Part shown: in pieces, positions 49,570 to 60,784 of the stretch
Layout of the letters: the number at the start of each line of letters is the position of its first letter
How positions within the stretch are numbered: position 1 is the stretch's first letter
Assembly (NCBI GenBank): GCA_025594325.1
Contig: JANHCV010000016.1
Coordinates: forward strand, 310,001 to 374,000
DNA from: Blastocladiella emersonii ATCC 22665
Taxonomy: Eukaryota > Fungi > Blastocladiomycota
Length of the DNA: 64,000 nucleotides
Reading direction: 5' to 3'
The notes under the pieces: model-generated
Databases searched by the model: none
Seen by the model: only the letters and a program-made list of their open reading frames with translations
What the model was told of the DNA's origin: nothing
Program-made: the position numbers and the translations under genes

Positions 49570-50490
49570 CTAGCCATACGCCTGGGATCGCGTATAGCAT
49601 CCTTGCGGGAAGACGGCCGAGGAGGTGAGCATGTTCACCGCCGCGTTGATGTCGCGGTCGACGCGGATGAGGCAGCGCGGGCACCACCACGGCTTGCAGT
49701 AGCTGGCCGAGAAGTTGAGGTAGCACTTTCCCTCGGACGCAGTAATCAGGTCGCACCACCTCGACGTGAACTCCTCGTTCGCGTAGTACAGGTACACGCC
49801 CTCGTTGCGCAGTTTGGACCCGAACTCCTTGGCCGAGACGCGGTGCTTCGAAGAGGCCTTGTTGTTGAAGTCGTACTGGCCCCCGAGGACGACGATGGAG
49901 CCGTAGCACGCCTTGGCGAGCTGCGAGTGGAGAGCCTGCTTGCGGCTCTTGGTCGTCGCGCGCTGCACGAGGGCAAACGGCTCGTGTGCTTGCCCGACAA
50001 CGCGCACTACGTTCTTGGCGAGGACCCGCGTCTTGTCGGCGGGCCCCTGCAGCGCCGCGGCCGAGAGCTCGTGGTCGCACGCCGTGATCCCGGCGGCCTC
50101 GCGCGCCTCCTTGGCCGCAGCGGCGCGCTTGATGATTAGCGTGATGTCGCCGTACGCCCGCGTCGAGATCGCGGCCACGGCAATGGCGGACGTGGGCTTC
50201 TGCTGACGCACCAGGCACAGCAACCAGCGCTACAGCTCCTTCTCGGCGGACTCGTCGCCCGTGAACTTCGCGCGCTCGCGCTCGTGCTCGATGGCTTCGA
50301 GCACGATCTGCCCCGCCTCCTTGCGGTGAGCCTCGGTGATTTGGAACAGCACGCGCTGCGCGGTCATGGCTCCCTCGCCAACCATTGCGCACTGCTCAAG
50401 TAGCGATCGCGACCGCGACCGTGATGCGGAACCTGTCGCGGCCTCGGCGATGGCCGTCGTGGTGGAGAGCACGTATTTACTCGTGTACAC
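49570..50490 (-). mobile_element. Degenerate Fanzor/TnpB-like RuvC nuclease relic (about 306 codons, in-frame TAG at 50230..50232)
   Basis: C-terminal IVVLG...(36 aa)...YYANEEFTSRWC...WWCPRCLIRVDRDINAAVNML matches the TnpB/Fanzor RuvC-II, zinc-finger and RuvC-III organisation. ORF-track ORFs 50230..50490 and 49570..50223 share one frame. Confidence 0.72.
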
Positions 50491-50532
50491 GAACTAATCA
50501 ATAATTATAATCGGCGGGAATAAAGGGCGAAC

Positions 50533-52030
50533 TTAGTGCTCGCGGAACTTGATCGCGTCGGGGTTGAACCCGGGCATCGGGAACGACTGCGCGAACGCCT
50601 CGACCTCGGCCTTGAGGGCCTTGACGGCGGCGGCCTGGGCGCCGCGCTCGACGGCGGCCGTGAACTCCTTCATCATCTTGGACCCGGCCTCGTCCTGGAT
50701 CGCGAGGGCGATCTGGACGGCGCGGTGGAGGAAGTCGGCGACCTGGACAAAGTCTGCCTCCTTGAACGAGCGCGAGGTCAGGGCCGGGGTACCGACACGC
50801 ACGCCGCCGGGGGACAGCGCCGAGGTATCGCCGTGGACCGCGTTCTTGTTGAGCGTGATGGCGAGCTGGTCGCACACCTTCTCGAGCTTGGACCCCGTGA
50901 GCTTGACGGGGCGCAGGTCCCACAGCACCAGGTGGTTGTCGGTGCCGTCCGTGACCACCTTGTACCCGAGCTCCTTGAGGCGGTCGGCGAGCGCCGTCGC
51001 GTTGCGGCGGACCTGCTGCGCGTACGCCTTCCACTGCGGCGACGCCACCTGCTTGAGCGCGACCGCGACCGCGGCAATCGTGTTGTTGTGCGGGCCGCCC
51101 TGGTTGGACGGGAACACGGCCTGGTTGACGCGGGCCTCGAGGTCCGTGGGCTTGGACCCGTCGACCGACACCTTGCGGAAGAAGATGAGGCCGGCGCGCG
51201 GGCCGCGCAGCGTCTTGTGAGTGGTGGTGGTGACAATGTCCGACAGCTCGAAGGGGTTGTTCTGCTCCTGCGCGGCCACGAGCCCCGAGATGTGGGCAAT
51301 GTCCGACATGAGGAAGGCGCCGTGCTGGTCGGCGATCTTGCGCAGGCGCGCGTAGTCCCAGTCGCGCGCGTACGCCGAGGCGCCGCAGATGACAAGCTTG
51401 GGGCGGAACAGGGCCGCGTTCTGCTCGAGGCGGTCGTAGTCGACGAGTCCCGTGGCCATGTCGACCTGGTACGGCATCGACTCGAAGTAGATGGCTGACG
51501 ACGAGATCTTCTTCTTGGCCGTCTGGTACCCGTGCGTCAGGTGGCCGCCCGAGGGCAGGTCGAGCCCCATGATGCGGTCGTGCGGCGCGAGCATGGCCGT
51601 GAGCGCCGAGAAGTTGGCCGTGGACCCAGAGTACGACTGCACGTTGACGCCCCACTTGGCCGGGTCGAGCCCGAAGGCCGCGAGCGCGCGCTGCTGGCAC
51701 AGCGTCTCGACCTGGTCGACGATGGCGTTGCCGCCGTAGTACCGCGCGCCGGGCAGGCCCTCCGAGTACTTGTTGGTCAGCGCCGACCCGTTGGCCTCCA
51801 TGACGGCCTGCGACGTGAAGTTCTCGGACGCGATGAGCTCCAGCCCAGAGTACTGGCGGTACTTTTCCAGCTCAATCAGCTTGTACATCTCGGGGTCCTC
51901 GACCTCGAGCGACGTGTTCATGCACACGTTCTACACGTGCAAGTCGAGTGAGCGGGGCTGCTCGGCCACGGTCGTCGCGGGCGAGCGAGCGAGCGCAACG
52001 CACCCAGGGATCGACGGGCTTGGGCGACAT
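50533..52030 (-). CDS. SHM2: Serine hydroxymethyltransferase, probably cytosolic, 474 aa; intron 51931..52003
   Basis: [40 protein letters not shown] and the PLP lysine motif [12 protein letters not shown]. Short exon 1 (MSPKPVDPW) has no mitochondrial presequence. Confidence 0.95.
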
Positions 52031-52475
52031 GGTGATAGTGATGGGCTGGATGACGATGCGTAGCAAACAGGGCGAACGATGGTGCAGACCAAGTCGGAGA
52101 GGGAGCGGGACGGGGCACCAGCTTATATACGGGAGCCCCGAGGCCGAAGCGAGCGAAGCGAACGATCACGGCACGGGCGCGTCGGCGGATGCGCCCGCTC
52201 GGGCCGGCGACCGACGTGTCTCGCACCCGCTATCGCGTCGGGAGATCCCGGCGACGCGGCCCGCGCCGGCGAGCGCGTGTGGCTGCGAGCACGCCACGGG
52301 CGAGATGCCACGTGCGCGCCCGGTGGCGCGGCGCGATCCGGCGCGTCGGGTATTCCCCTCGGCGCGGCTTGCCGTCGCGCCTTGCCCGCACCAGTTTCCG
52401 CCTTTTTCACCTCGCTCTTCGCTGCTCTGCAAAAAAATACATGCGTACACATTTATCGCTCAATCGGACACGCGG

Positions 52476-53471
52476 CTACATGACGGCGCACTTGTCGGAC
52501 CCGGACGCCGCCGCGGGTCCGCCCGCGCCGCCTGCGCCTGCGCCTGCTGCTGGTGGTGGTGCGGCGTCGGCGGACGACGGGTCGACGGGTGCGCTCGGGA
52601 GCCCGGCGAGCTTGCCCTTGCCCTTGCGCTTGTACGAGTCGAGGAAGTGGATCTGCTTCATGTTGAGGGCGCCGCGCCGCCGCGACCGGATGAACTCGAC
52701 GGCCTCGAGCGCGGGCATGCCGGCCTCGATGAGCGCGATGGCGACGAGGACGGGCGCTCTACACGGGTTTGAGGGATGTGAGTGAATGAGCCCGACCACG
52801 GCACCGAGAGTGCAAAAGACGTACCGTCCGAGCCCCGCGACACAGTGCACCGCGATCGCCCCACCGGCCGCAACCCCCGCGACCGACCCGGCCTTGCCGG
52901 GGACAAACTTGGCAGCGACGATCTGGAGCCAGTGCGCGATAATCGCAGCGGGCGGCGGGTCGCCGTCCTTGAAGTTGAGCTCGTGCAGGCCCAACCCGTG
53001 GGCGGCGAGGGCGGCGGCCGAGTAGGTGGGCTCGCACGCGCGCACCACGTCCGTGACGCCGTGCCGCTGCATCTCGCGCACGTAGTGGGCCAGGTTGGTG
53101 TCGGAAGGCGCATCGTGGACCACGAACCGCAGCGCCTTGTACTCGATCTGCGTCATGGGCTTGAACAGGCCCGTGCCGCGCGTCACGCCGCCGGTTCCAC
53201 TAGGTGCGGCGCCGGGTGTTGGCGTCGACGCGAGGGGCAGCCCGCCAAGCGGCGTGGCGGACCGCGACCGCGAGTCGGTGCTCCCGCCCGACGCGAGGTG
53301 AGGGCGCATGGTGGTGGCCGGCGGCCCGCTCGCCGTCGAGGGGGCGGGCGACGCGGTGCCCGCGCCGCTGTCGCGCAGCGTGCCGCGCGAACCCGTCCGC
53401 GGGATTGCGTCGCCCGTGCCGCGGAGGTTGCCCAGGCTGCCGGCGGGGCGGACGTGGACCTCGTTCGACAT
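52476..53471 (-). CDS. PRL/PTP4A-type prenylated protein tyrosine phosphatase, 309 aa; intron 52759..52824
   Basis: RFVVHDAPSDTNL, VVRACEPTY, FKDGDPPP, HCVAGLGR/APVLVAIALIE, IRSRRRGALNMKQIHFL..Y and C-terminal CAAX (CAVM). Confidence 0.93.
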   Translation of the reverse strand: MSNEVHVRPAGSLGNLRGTGDAIPRTGSRGTLRDSGAGTASPAPSTASGPPATTMRPHLASGGSTDSRSRSATPLGGLPLASTPTPGAAPSGTGGVTRGTGLFKPMTQIEYKALRFVVHDAPSDTNLAHYVREMQRHGVTDVVRACEPTYSAAALAAHGLGLHELNFKDGDPPPAAIIAHWLQIVAAKFVPGKAGSVAGVAAGGAIAVHCVAGLGRYVFCTLGAVVGLIHSHPSNPCRAPVLVAIALIEAGMPALEAVEFIRSRRRGALNMKQIHFLDSYKRKGKGKLAGLPSAPVDPSSADAAPPPAAGAGAGGAGGPAAASGSDKCAVM

Positions 53472-54849
53472 GGCGGGCGGCGAAGGGGGGTGGGGTTTAG
53501 AGTTTGGGTGTGGAAAATAGGACGTGCGCGCTCAGCCTCTGCCGTGACCCACGCGCAGTAGATCCAGCGGCAAGAGGCGGACGGTGGTGCCAGTCAGCGT
53601 AGGGGGAGAGTGGAGAGGGTGGCGATGGCGATGCGGGGGACCCGGGAGCGCGGTGGCGGCCATGCAGCTGCCTCGACGACAAGGGGTGGCCGCGCGCGCG
53701 CTCGGTTGCGTCTTTGGGAGAGGAGAGGGATGAGAAGGTGGCCTGGAGCAGCCGGGCGACGCCGAAACGGGTGCGCCGGCCGAGGATGGCGGATGGTCGG
53801 TCGTGGACGTGGGGACGGCGGGCCAGCACGTTGGGCGGCGGCGTGGTCGTCAGCGGTCGGGTTCGCGATGCATGTGGTGTCGCCGGCGTAGTGCACCGAG
53901 TCGAGCGGCGCGCCGGGGTATCATGGCGCAGATCAGGAGGGATGCGAGACGCCGCACCAAACGAGACGCGTCGTCGCGCCGCCATCCGTCGCGTCAGCTG
54001 ACCGCGCTCTTTGCTGCGAGCGAGCGAGCGAGCGTCCCCCCGCCGCCTCGTCTTGCCGACCCGACCCCGCTCCCCTATCTCTCGCTCCTCGGCACGTCGC
54101 GAGCGCCGCTCCGGCGGACCTGATGCATCAAGCTGCGGCAGCGGACAGGCCGAACTCGTACACGTCGTGCGCGGCCCGCGGGAAACTGATGCATCTTGTT
54201 GCGCTGCGACTTCATGTAATGGCCCACCGCACTGTGAGCAGTTTGCGGCCCTTGGACGTTCCTGGTTGCCAATCACTGTCCTCGTCAAGTACGCGCTTCC
54301 CTTCTTGCCCCGTCTCGGCGCGCAGCTGACTGACTCGTCCCCAAGCTACTACGTCAGAAACGAGCTGCGGGGGCCAACAGCGAGTCGGGCGATGCTGATG
54401 TGGGTACGTATCTGCCCGCTTGGTCCCACAGTGTGCGTTCTAAGCTCTACAGGTGCTGACTCGGTTGATTAGGACCACGCGTGCAGCACCATCAAGTTCT
54501 CCCCGTCGGACCTCCGCGCATCTACGGCTGTCGGTCAAGCACGTCCACCTTTCTTTCTCCCCGTGCGTGCGCTGTGAAAAGAGCGCACCGCGCGCACGTG
54601 GAGGAAGTCGCCTTCGTGTACGGGTGCTGGGCTTGCGGTCGCGGTGTGTGTTCGCTGGTCTGATGGGGCGTGTGATGCGGTGCGGTGTGGTGATGTGTGC
54701 GAAGCGTGGGCGTGTATGTGGGAAGCGTGCAATGAATGATCACAGAAGACTGAACGAAGGGGATATGGGAGGGAGGGCGAAGGGGGCGGCCGCGGTTGAG
54801 GTGAGTGAGAAAAACTAGGTTTGGCGACCGACCGTCGATACCCGCCCGA

Positions 54850-56851
54850 CTACTGGCGCGGGGCAGCGCCGGGCTGCGGCATCGCGAGCGGCTGCTGGAC
54901 GGGGGTCCCGAGGGCGGGCGGCGCCATCATCATGGGCTGAGGCATCGCGACGGGGTTGCCCTGGGCGTCCACGGGGTTGCCGTTCTGGTCGACGTAGTAG
55001 ACCATCTGCTCGGTCGTCGTAGTCGTGGTCGTCGTCATGTGCTGCTGCTGCTGGTCGTACTGCTGCTGCTGCTGCTGCTGCGCGAGCGTCGTGGTGGTCA
55101 CGGACCCGTCGGCGTTGAGCACGTACTGGTGCTGCTCCGCCGAGCCGCCCGTCGACGCCGCGACCATGTAACCCGTCGCCGGGTCGACGGCCACGGGGTT
55201 CCCGTACTGGTCGACGTACTGGACCGCGGTCGCGGCCATAGCGGGCGACGACGCCGCGATCACGGCGCCGCTCGCCGGGTCGACCTGGTACGAGTACATG
55301 GACGCGCGCGTATCGGCCGTGGTGCCGACGACGGACCCGGCCATGGTCGCGTTGCTCGCGGCGCCGACCTGCGAGTAGGCGGCGACCGAGGGCGCGAGCA
55401 GGGGCTGCGTGTCCGTGACGGCGGCGGGCGCGGGCGGCGCGACCGAGGACGCGGCGGCGGCGCCACCGGCGACGACAGCAGCGGTCGCGGCGGCCGTCGT
55501 GGCGGCACCACCGGCACCGCCGGGGCCAGTAGGGGCCGAGTTGGCAAAGTTGACGGGCGGGGCGGCGGGAGCCGAGCCACCAGCGGTGCCAGTGCCGGGG
55601 CGCGCCGTGGTGCGGCCGAACGTGCGGCCGAGCGTTGCCACGAGGCCGGCGCCGGACTTGCGGCGGGTCATGCGCAGGGAGACGAGGCCGCCAGCGACGA
55701 TGAGGAAGGCGCCGCCGCCGATGATGACGGGGACCCAGGGGAAGGTCTTCTCGTCGGTCTTGGTGACGCCGTCGGCGGTGGCGGCGGCGTTGAACTGCGA
55801 GTTGAAGTTCTTGATGACGTCGGGGCACCGCTTCTTGAGGTCGGGGTCGAGGTCGGGGCACTTGTCGGCGTTGACGCAGGCGCCGAACTCGGAGTAGTAG
55901 CCGCAGTGCTTCTGGTCGGCCTCGACCATGTCGCCCGAGACGCAGGGCTCAGACGCGGCGCGGAACCGGTGCGACTTGAGCTGCTTGATGTACTCCTCGC
56001 CCTTGGCCTTGTACTCGGCGGGCCCGTTGCAGTAGGTGGTGTTGGCAAAGTCGGCGGCGACCTGGTTGGCGCGCTCGTCGAGCGTGGCGCCGCACAGGCG
56101 AAGGGTGCCGCCCGACGAGCACGGGTCCTGGCGGGCCTGGTAGAAGTCGTACATGTCGACGGCGAGCCAGTAGAGGTACCAGCGGTGGGTCGGCAGCTGG
56201 CACCCGGCCTGGCGCAGGTTGAAGTACTTGAACTCGTCGCCGAGCAGCGAGTAGGGCTTGCCGCCAAAGAAGTCGAGGAAGTAGGACGCGTTGACCAGGT
56301 CCTTGGGGAACTGCTTCTCGACCTTGGTGTACTTGTCGGCGAAGCGGTCGGCAAAGTAGGCCGACAGGTCGAGCGGGAGGTACAGGCCCTTGAACTCTGT
56401 GGTATCGCGGCCGCTGTGCGTTAGCGTTGCCCTCCCAACACACTTTTGGGGGAGTGAAGAACGCACCCTTGTACATCCACACCTTCTCGAGCAGCAGGCA
56501 CTCGCGGTTCTTGCCCTCGGGGACACAGCGGCCGTCGGCGCACGGGTCGAGCGTGGCCGTGGGCGCGGCCGACGACGACTGCTGCGACGTGGACGAGGCG
56601 GGGCGGCCCGACGACGCCGAGGCGGAGGTCGCCGACGCGCTCGTCGCGGACGCCGACGGGGTCGGGGTGGCGCCCGGCAGGCCGGGGATGTTGATGGGCG
56701 GAATCGTGAATTGCGGTGCGGGCGCGGGACTCGCCGAGGCGGGCGCGGGGCCCAGGCCGACGGCGAGCAGCGCCACCACGGCGGCCACGAGCACGAGCAG
56801 CGCGGCCGACCGGAGGCGGTGGCGGGGCGACGACGAGGCGGTCGTCGTCAT
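54850..56851 (-). CDS. Type I membrane protein (643 aa) with a Cys-rich ectodomain and a low-complexity cytoplasmic tail; intron 56397..56466
   Basis: Signal peptide, S/T spacer, Cys-rich domain and TM WVPVIIGGGAFLIVAGGLVSL. The GTGCGT...CTAAC...CAG intron joins the two ORFs (WMYK/EFKGLYLP). Confidence 0.85.
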
Positions 56852-57321
56852 GGTGGGGGTGTTGCGGGTAGGGGTTGGTCGAGGGGCCACTGCGAGGTAT
56901 GCGAGGCGGCGTGCGGCCAGTCTAGGTTGCTGTGGTGGTGGTTATCGAGAGGAGCGAGGGCCGATGCACACACGGGAGAGAGGAGGGAGCAGGCGATGAG
57001 GGTGGATGAAGAGGAGAGGCGGTGGCGGCGCGACCGCGCCGAAATAGGACGCGGGAAAGCCACACGACCTGCGACTTCGGTGTCGCTCGCTCACTCCTCG
57101 TGCTGCGGCCACGGCCATGTTGCGAATGAATCTGCCAACGCGGTCGTGTCCTTGTCCGTGGACGTGGTCACCGCCATCGGCCCCGAGGCCAAGGCTGCTG
57201 CGGTCGGTCGTGGCCGTGCGGTCGTGGATCACCGCTTCTCGTCACGCGTTCTCATGGAAGGCGTAGAAGGCGTGGAACGTCGTCCGTATTGATATGAATG
57301 ATTGGGGTTCCGTCGCCACTG

Positions 57322-59519
57322 CTACTGTCGGTGCGCGTGCCGCGCCCGCTGCTGCTGCTGGTGCTGCGGTGGCAGCGGAAGTGGAAGTGGCTGCTGCTGC
57401 TGCCGCACCCCACCGACGGCGGCTGCCCAGACGCGCGCCGAGACGAGCCACGCGGCGTCCTCGACGACGACGCTGGTGCGCCCGCCCGCGCGCCCGGTGT
57501 CGTGCACGACCCACGCCGTCGCGAGCGGGCCGGGCGGGATCGCGAGCCCGGGCGCGAGGACGACCGCGACCACCTCGTCCTCCTCCTCTTCACCCTCGGG
57601 ACTCGCCACGACCATCGTCGCACGATCCACCGCGACCCCGCGCCGCGGCGCGACGATCCACGCGCGCCACGCGAGCGGGTCCATGGCGAGCGCGGCGCAC
57701 GCGCCCTCGAGCGCCGCGACGGCGTCGGACGTTGCGCGGAGCGCTGCCTGCACCTGCTCCATGGCGATCGGGACCGCGGCGGCGGTGCTCTCGTCGTGCG
57801 CCGGGGTGCATGCCTCGTATAGCGCGCGCCGTGCGGCGTCCACGTCGCGCCGCGCTGTAGAGCCGCCACCGGACGCGGCGAGCCGCGGGGCCAGGTCGCC
57901 GAGGAGGATTCCGACCCACCGCTTGAGGAGCAGTGCGCGGACCGCGGTCGCGACGGCTGCGCGGGACCACCGGCGCGTCGTGTGCTGCGCGTGGCTGTGG
58001 CTGTGGTGTCGCTCCGGGTACCGCTGCTCGCCGTGATGACGGTGGTGGTGGTGCGACTGGCTCCGCGCGATCGTCGGCGCGCCGGGCGGCAGCTCAGCCT
58101 CGACCTCGCCCGCCCACGCGTTGGCCCACGCGCGGTTGCCCTCGACCATGCGCACCGCGGTATCGAGCGTCGCCTCGAGCGTCGACAGTAGCGCATGGTA
58201 CGCGCCGCGTACACGGTCCATGGCCGCGAGCTGCGCGCCGTCGACGGCGGCCGGCGGGAGCATCGTGGGCTCGGCAAAGAGAGTCGCGCCAAACTGTTGC
58301 CGCCCGCTGCTCCGCTGGCGCTCGGCGATACTGCGCGGGTCAGGGTGATGGTGCGCGGTCTCGATGGCGGACGGCGGGACCGAGTGCAGCGGCGGCATCC
58401 CCGTGCGCGGCGGGCCGGGGTACCGCGGCCACGTCGACGAGGTGGGTGCCGAGCCGCCGATCATGGCGCCCGTGAGGGGAACTACACATTTCGCCGCCGC
58501 GTCAGCGACACCGCTTCAATCACCATCACCCCGCGCGCGTGAGACGTACCAGGCCCGCCGCTCGTGTGCTGGATCGACATCGGCGTCGACAACCTCGAGT
58601 CCATGGACATGGCCTCGCCGCTGCTCCCTCCTCCCTTACTGCTTGCGGGCCCGCGGCGACGACGGCGCCGCCGCTGCCGCCGCCACACGAGCATCGCGCC
58701 GACGACGACGGCGAGCAGCGCGAGCGACACGGCGAGCCCGACGATCAGCGGGAGCTGAGACCGCAGCGTGCCGCCGGACGACGACGCGATGGCCACGTCG
58801 CTGCTTGTCGGTTTGCGCGTCGGGTCGGCTGGTTTCGCGGCGGCGGGCGGCTCGGTGAACTCGGTCGGCGACGCGTCCTGCACCATGGCCGACGCGGGGT
58901 CGGTCTCGGTCTCGGTCTCAGTCTCGGTCGGCGTTGCCGACGTCGTCGTCGTGCTCGCATGCTCGGGCGCCGGAACGAACGGACACACCGCCGCTGGATC
59001 GACCGCGAGCCCGTCGCCCTCGCGGCGGAGGCACCCGAGCGGCGCGCTCACACCCTCCGCCGGCGGGAGCCCCGCGACGGCGCACCCGAACACGATCGGT
59101 GTTCCGTCAGGCACGACGTCGCGGGCGCACTCGACGGGCGAGTCGAGGTCCGAGGCGCACGCGAGCCGCATGTCCCCGAGATTGAAGCTGCCCGGGACCA
59201 CGGCCCACGGCGACCCGGGCGCCGTCGTCGTGCACTGCAGCACGCCGGCCGTGCTCAGGATGCACCCGGCGAACCCGTTGGGCGCGGCTGGGAGCACGTC
59301 GCCAACGTTGCGCACGGGCGGGGACGCGGGGACGGGGCATGCGTTGCTGCTGGGTGGTGGTTGTTCCATGGTTTCGGCAGAATGGACATGAGGTCGCTTC
59401 GCTTCGTTTGTGAATGTGATCGGGGAGAGGTTGGGCAGGGGGCCGCGGCGCGGCAGGTTCCAAACGGTAGGAGTGGTGCCAAGTTGCGCAGCGATGGCCG
59501 CGGCGGCCGCGATGGCCAT
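57322..59519 (-). CDS. Single-pass membrane protein (about 709 aa) joining two ORF-track ORFs; intron 58482..58549; start codon uncertain
   Basis: GTACGT donor at 58549, GCTGAC branch site and TGTAG acceptor (the apparent stop at 58482) fuse 58482..59531 in frame to 57322..58464. TM LPLIVGLAVSLALLAVVVGAMLVW is followed by RRQRRRRRR. Confidence 0.7.
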
Positions 59520-59674
59520 GGCCACGGCCACCGTTTGGAGCTATCGCCGGCACGAGTCGATTCCATTCCCATTTTGATACATTTTCGATGCGCGAGACAC
59601 GTACGGATAGCAAAACAAACGGAACAGTAAATACAGCTAACAAAATCCTCCTAAACCACCTCGCGAGCCAACGA

Positions 59675-60751
59675 TTACGCGTTGAACTCGGACTTGCCCT
59701 CGACGTAGTCCTCGAGCACGTTGCGGTCCTTGAACGGCCGCTTGCCGAGCAGCGTGACCATGTCGTCGCGCGAGATCACCTCCTTGGCGAGCAGCTCCTG
59801 GGCCACCTTCTCGACGTCGTCGCGGTGCTTGGTGATGAGGTCGACGGTGCGCTGGTACATGTCGGCGACAAAGACGCGCGCCTCCTCGTCGATCAGGCGC
59901 GCCGTCTCCTCCGAGTACGGCTTGGTGAAGGACTGCTCCTGCTGCGAGTTCGGGTACGCGAGCTGCCCGACCTTGGCGTTCATGCCGAGCTCCGTGATCA
60001 TGCGGTACGTCAGGCCCGTCACCTTCTTGAGGTCGTCGTGCGCGCCCGTCGTGATCGACTCGAAGAACACCTGCTCGGCCGCGCGCCCGCCCAGCGTCAT
60101 GCACACGCGGTCGCGCAGCTGCTCGGTCGAGTGCAGGTGCAGGTCCTTGGGCAGGTACTGCGCGTACCCGAGCGCGCCCGACCCGCGCGGGATGATGGAC
60201 ACCTTGAGCAGCGGGTCCGTGTGCTCCATGTACCACCCGACGACCGCGTGCCCGGCCTCGTGGTACGCCACGATCTTCTTTTCCTCGGGAGACAGCACCT
60301 TGGACTTTTTCTCGAGCCCGGCAATCACGCGCTCGATGGCCTGCTCAAAGTGCGCCATGGTCACGCACGACGCGCCGTACCGCGCGGCCACGAGCGCCGC
60401 CTCGTTGCATACGTTGTGGATGTCGGCGCCCGCGAACCCGGGCGTCAGCGCCGCGAGTTTGCGCACCAGCCGGTCCATGTCCTGCTCGGGGTCGACCTTG
60501 ATCGGGCCCAGGTGCACGCGGAAGATCTGCTGCCGCCCGTTGATGTCGGGGCGGTCGATGGTGATGTGGCGGTCGAACCGGCCGGGCCGCATCAGCGCCG
60601 CGTCGAGCACGTCGGGCCGGTTGGTACCCGCGAGGATCACCACGTGCTCCGACGACCCGAACCCGTCGATCTCGACCAGGATCTGGTTGAGCGTCGACTC
60701 GCGCTCGTCGTTCCCGCCAAAGGAACCGCCGCGGCCGCGCGCCTTGCCGAT

Positions 60752-60784
<33 letters not shown>

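Noticed and set aside
47056-50490. Alternative genetic code (TAA/TAG read as Gln) to explain in-frame stops in accessory ORFs
   Set aside because: Conserved genes end at TAG (YHM2) and TAA (RPL5) at their expected C-termini, so the standard code applies. Other apparent TAG stops are splice acceptors.
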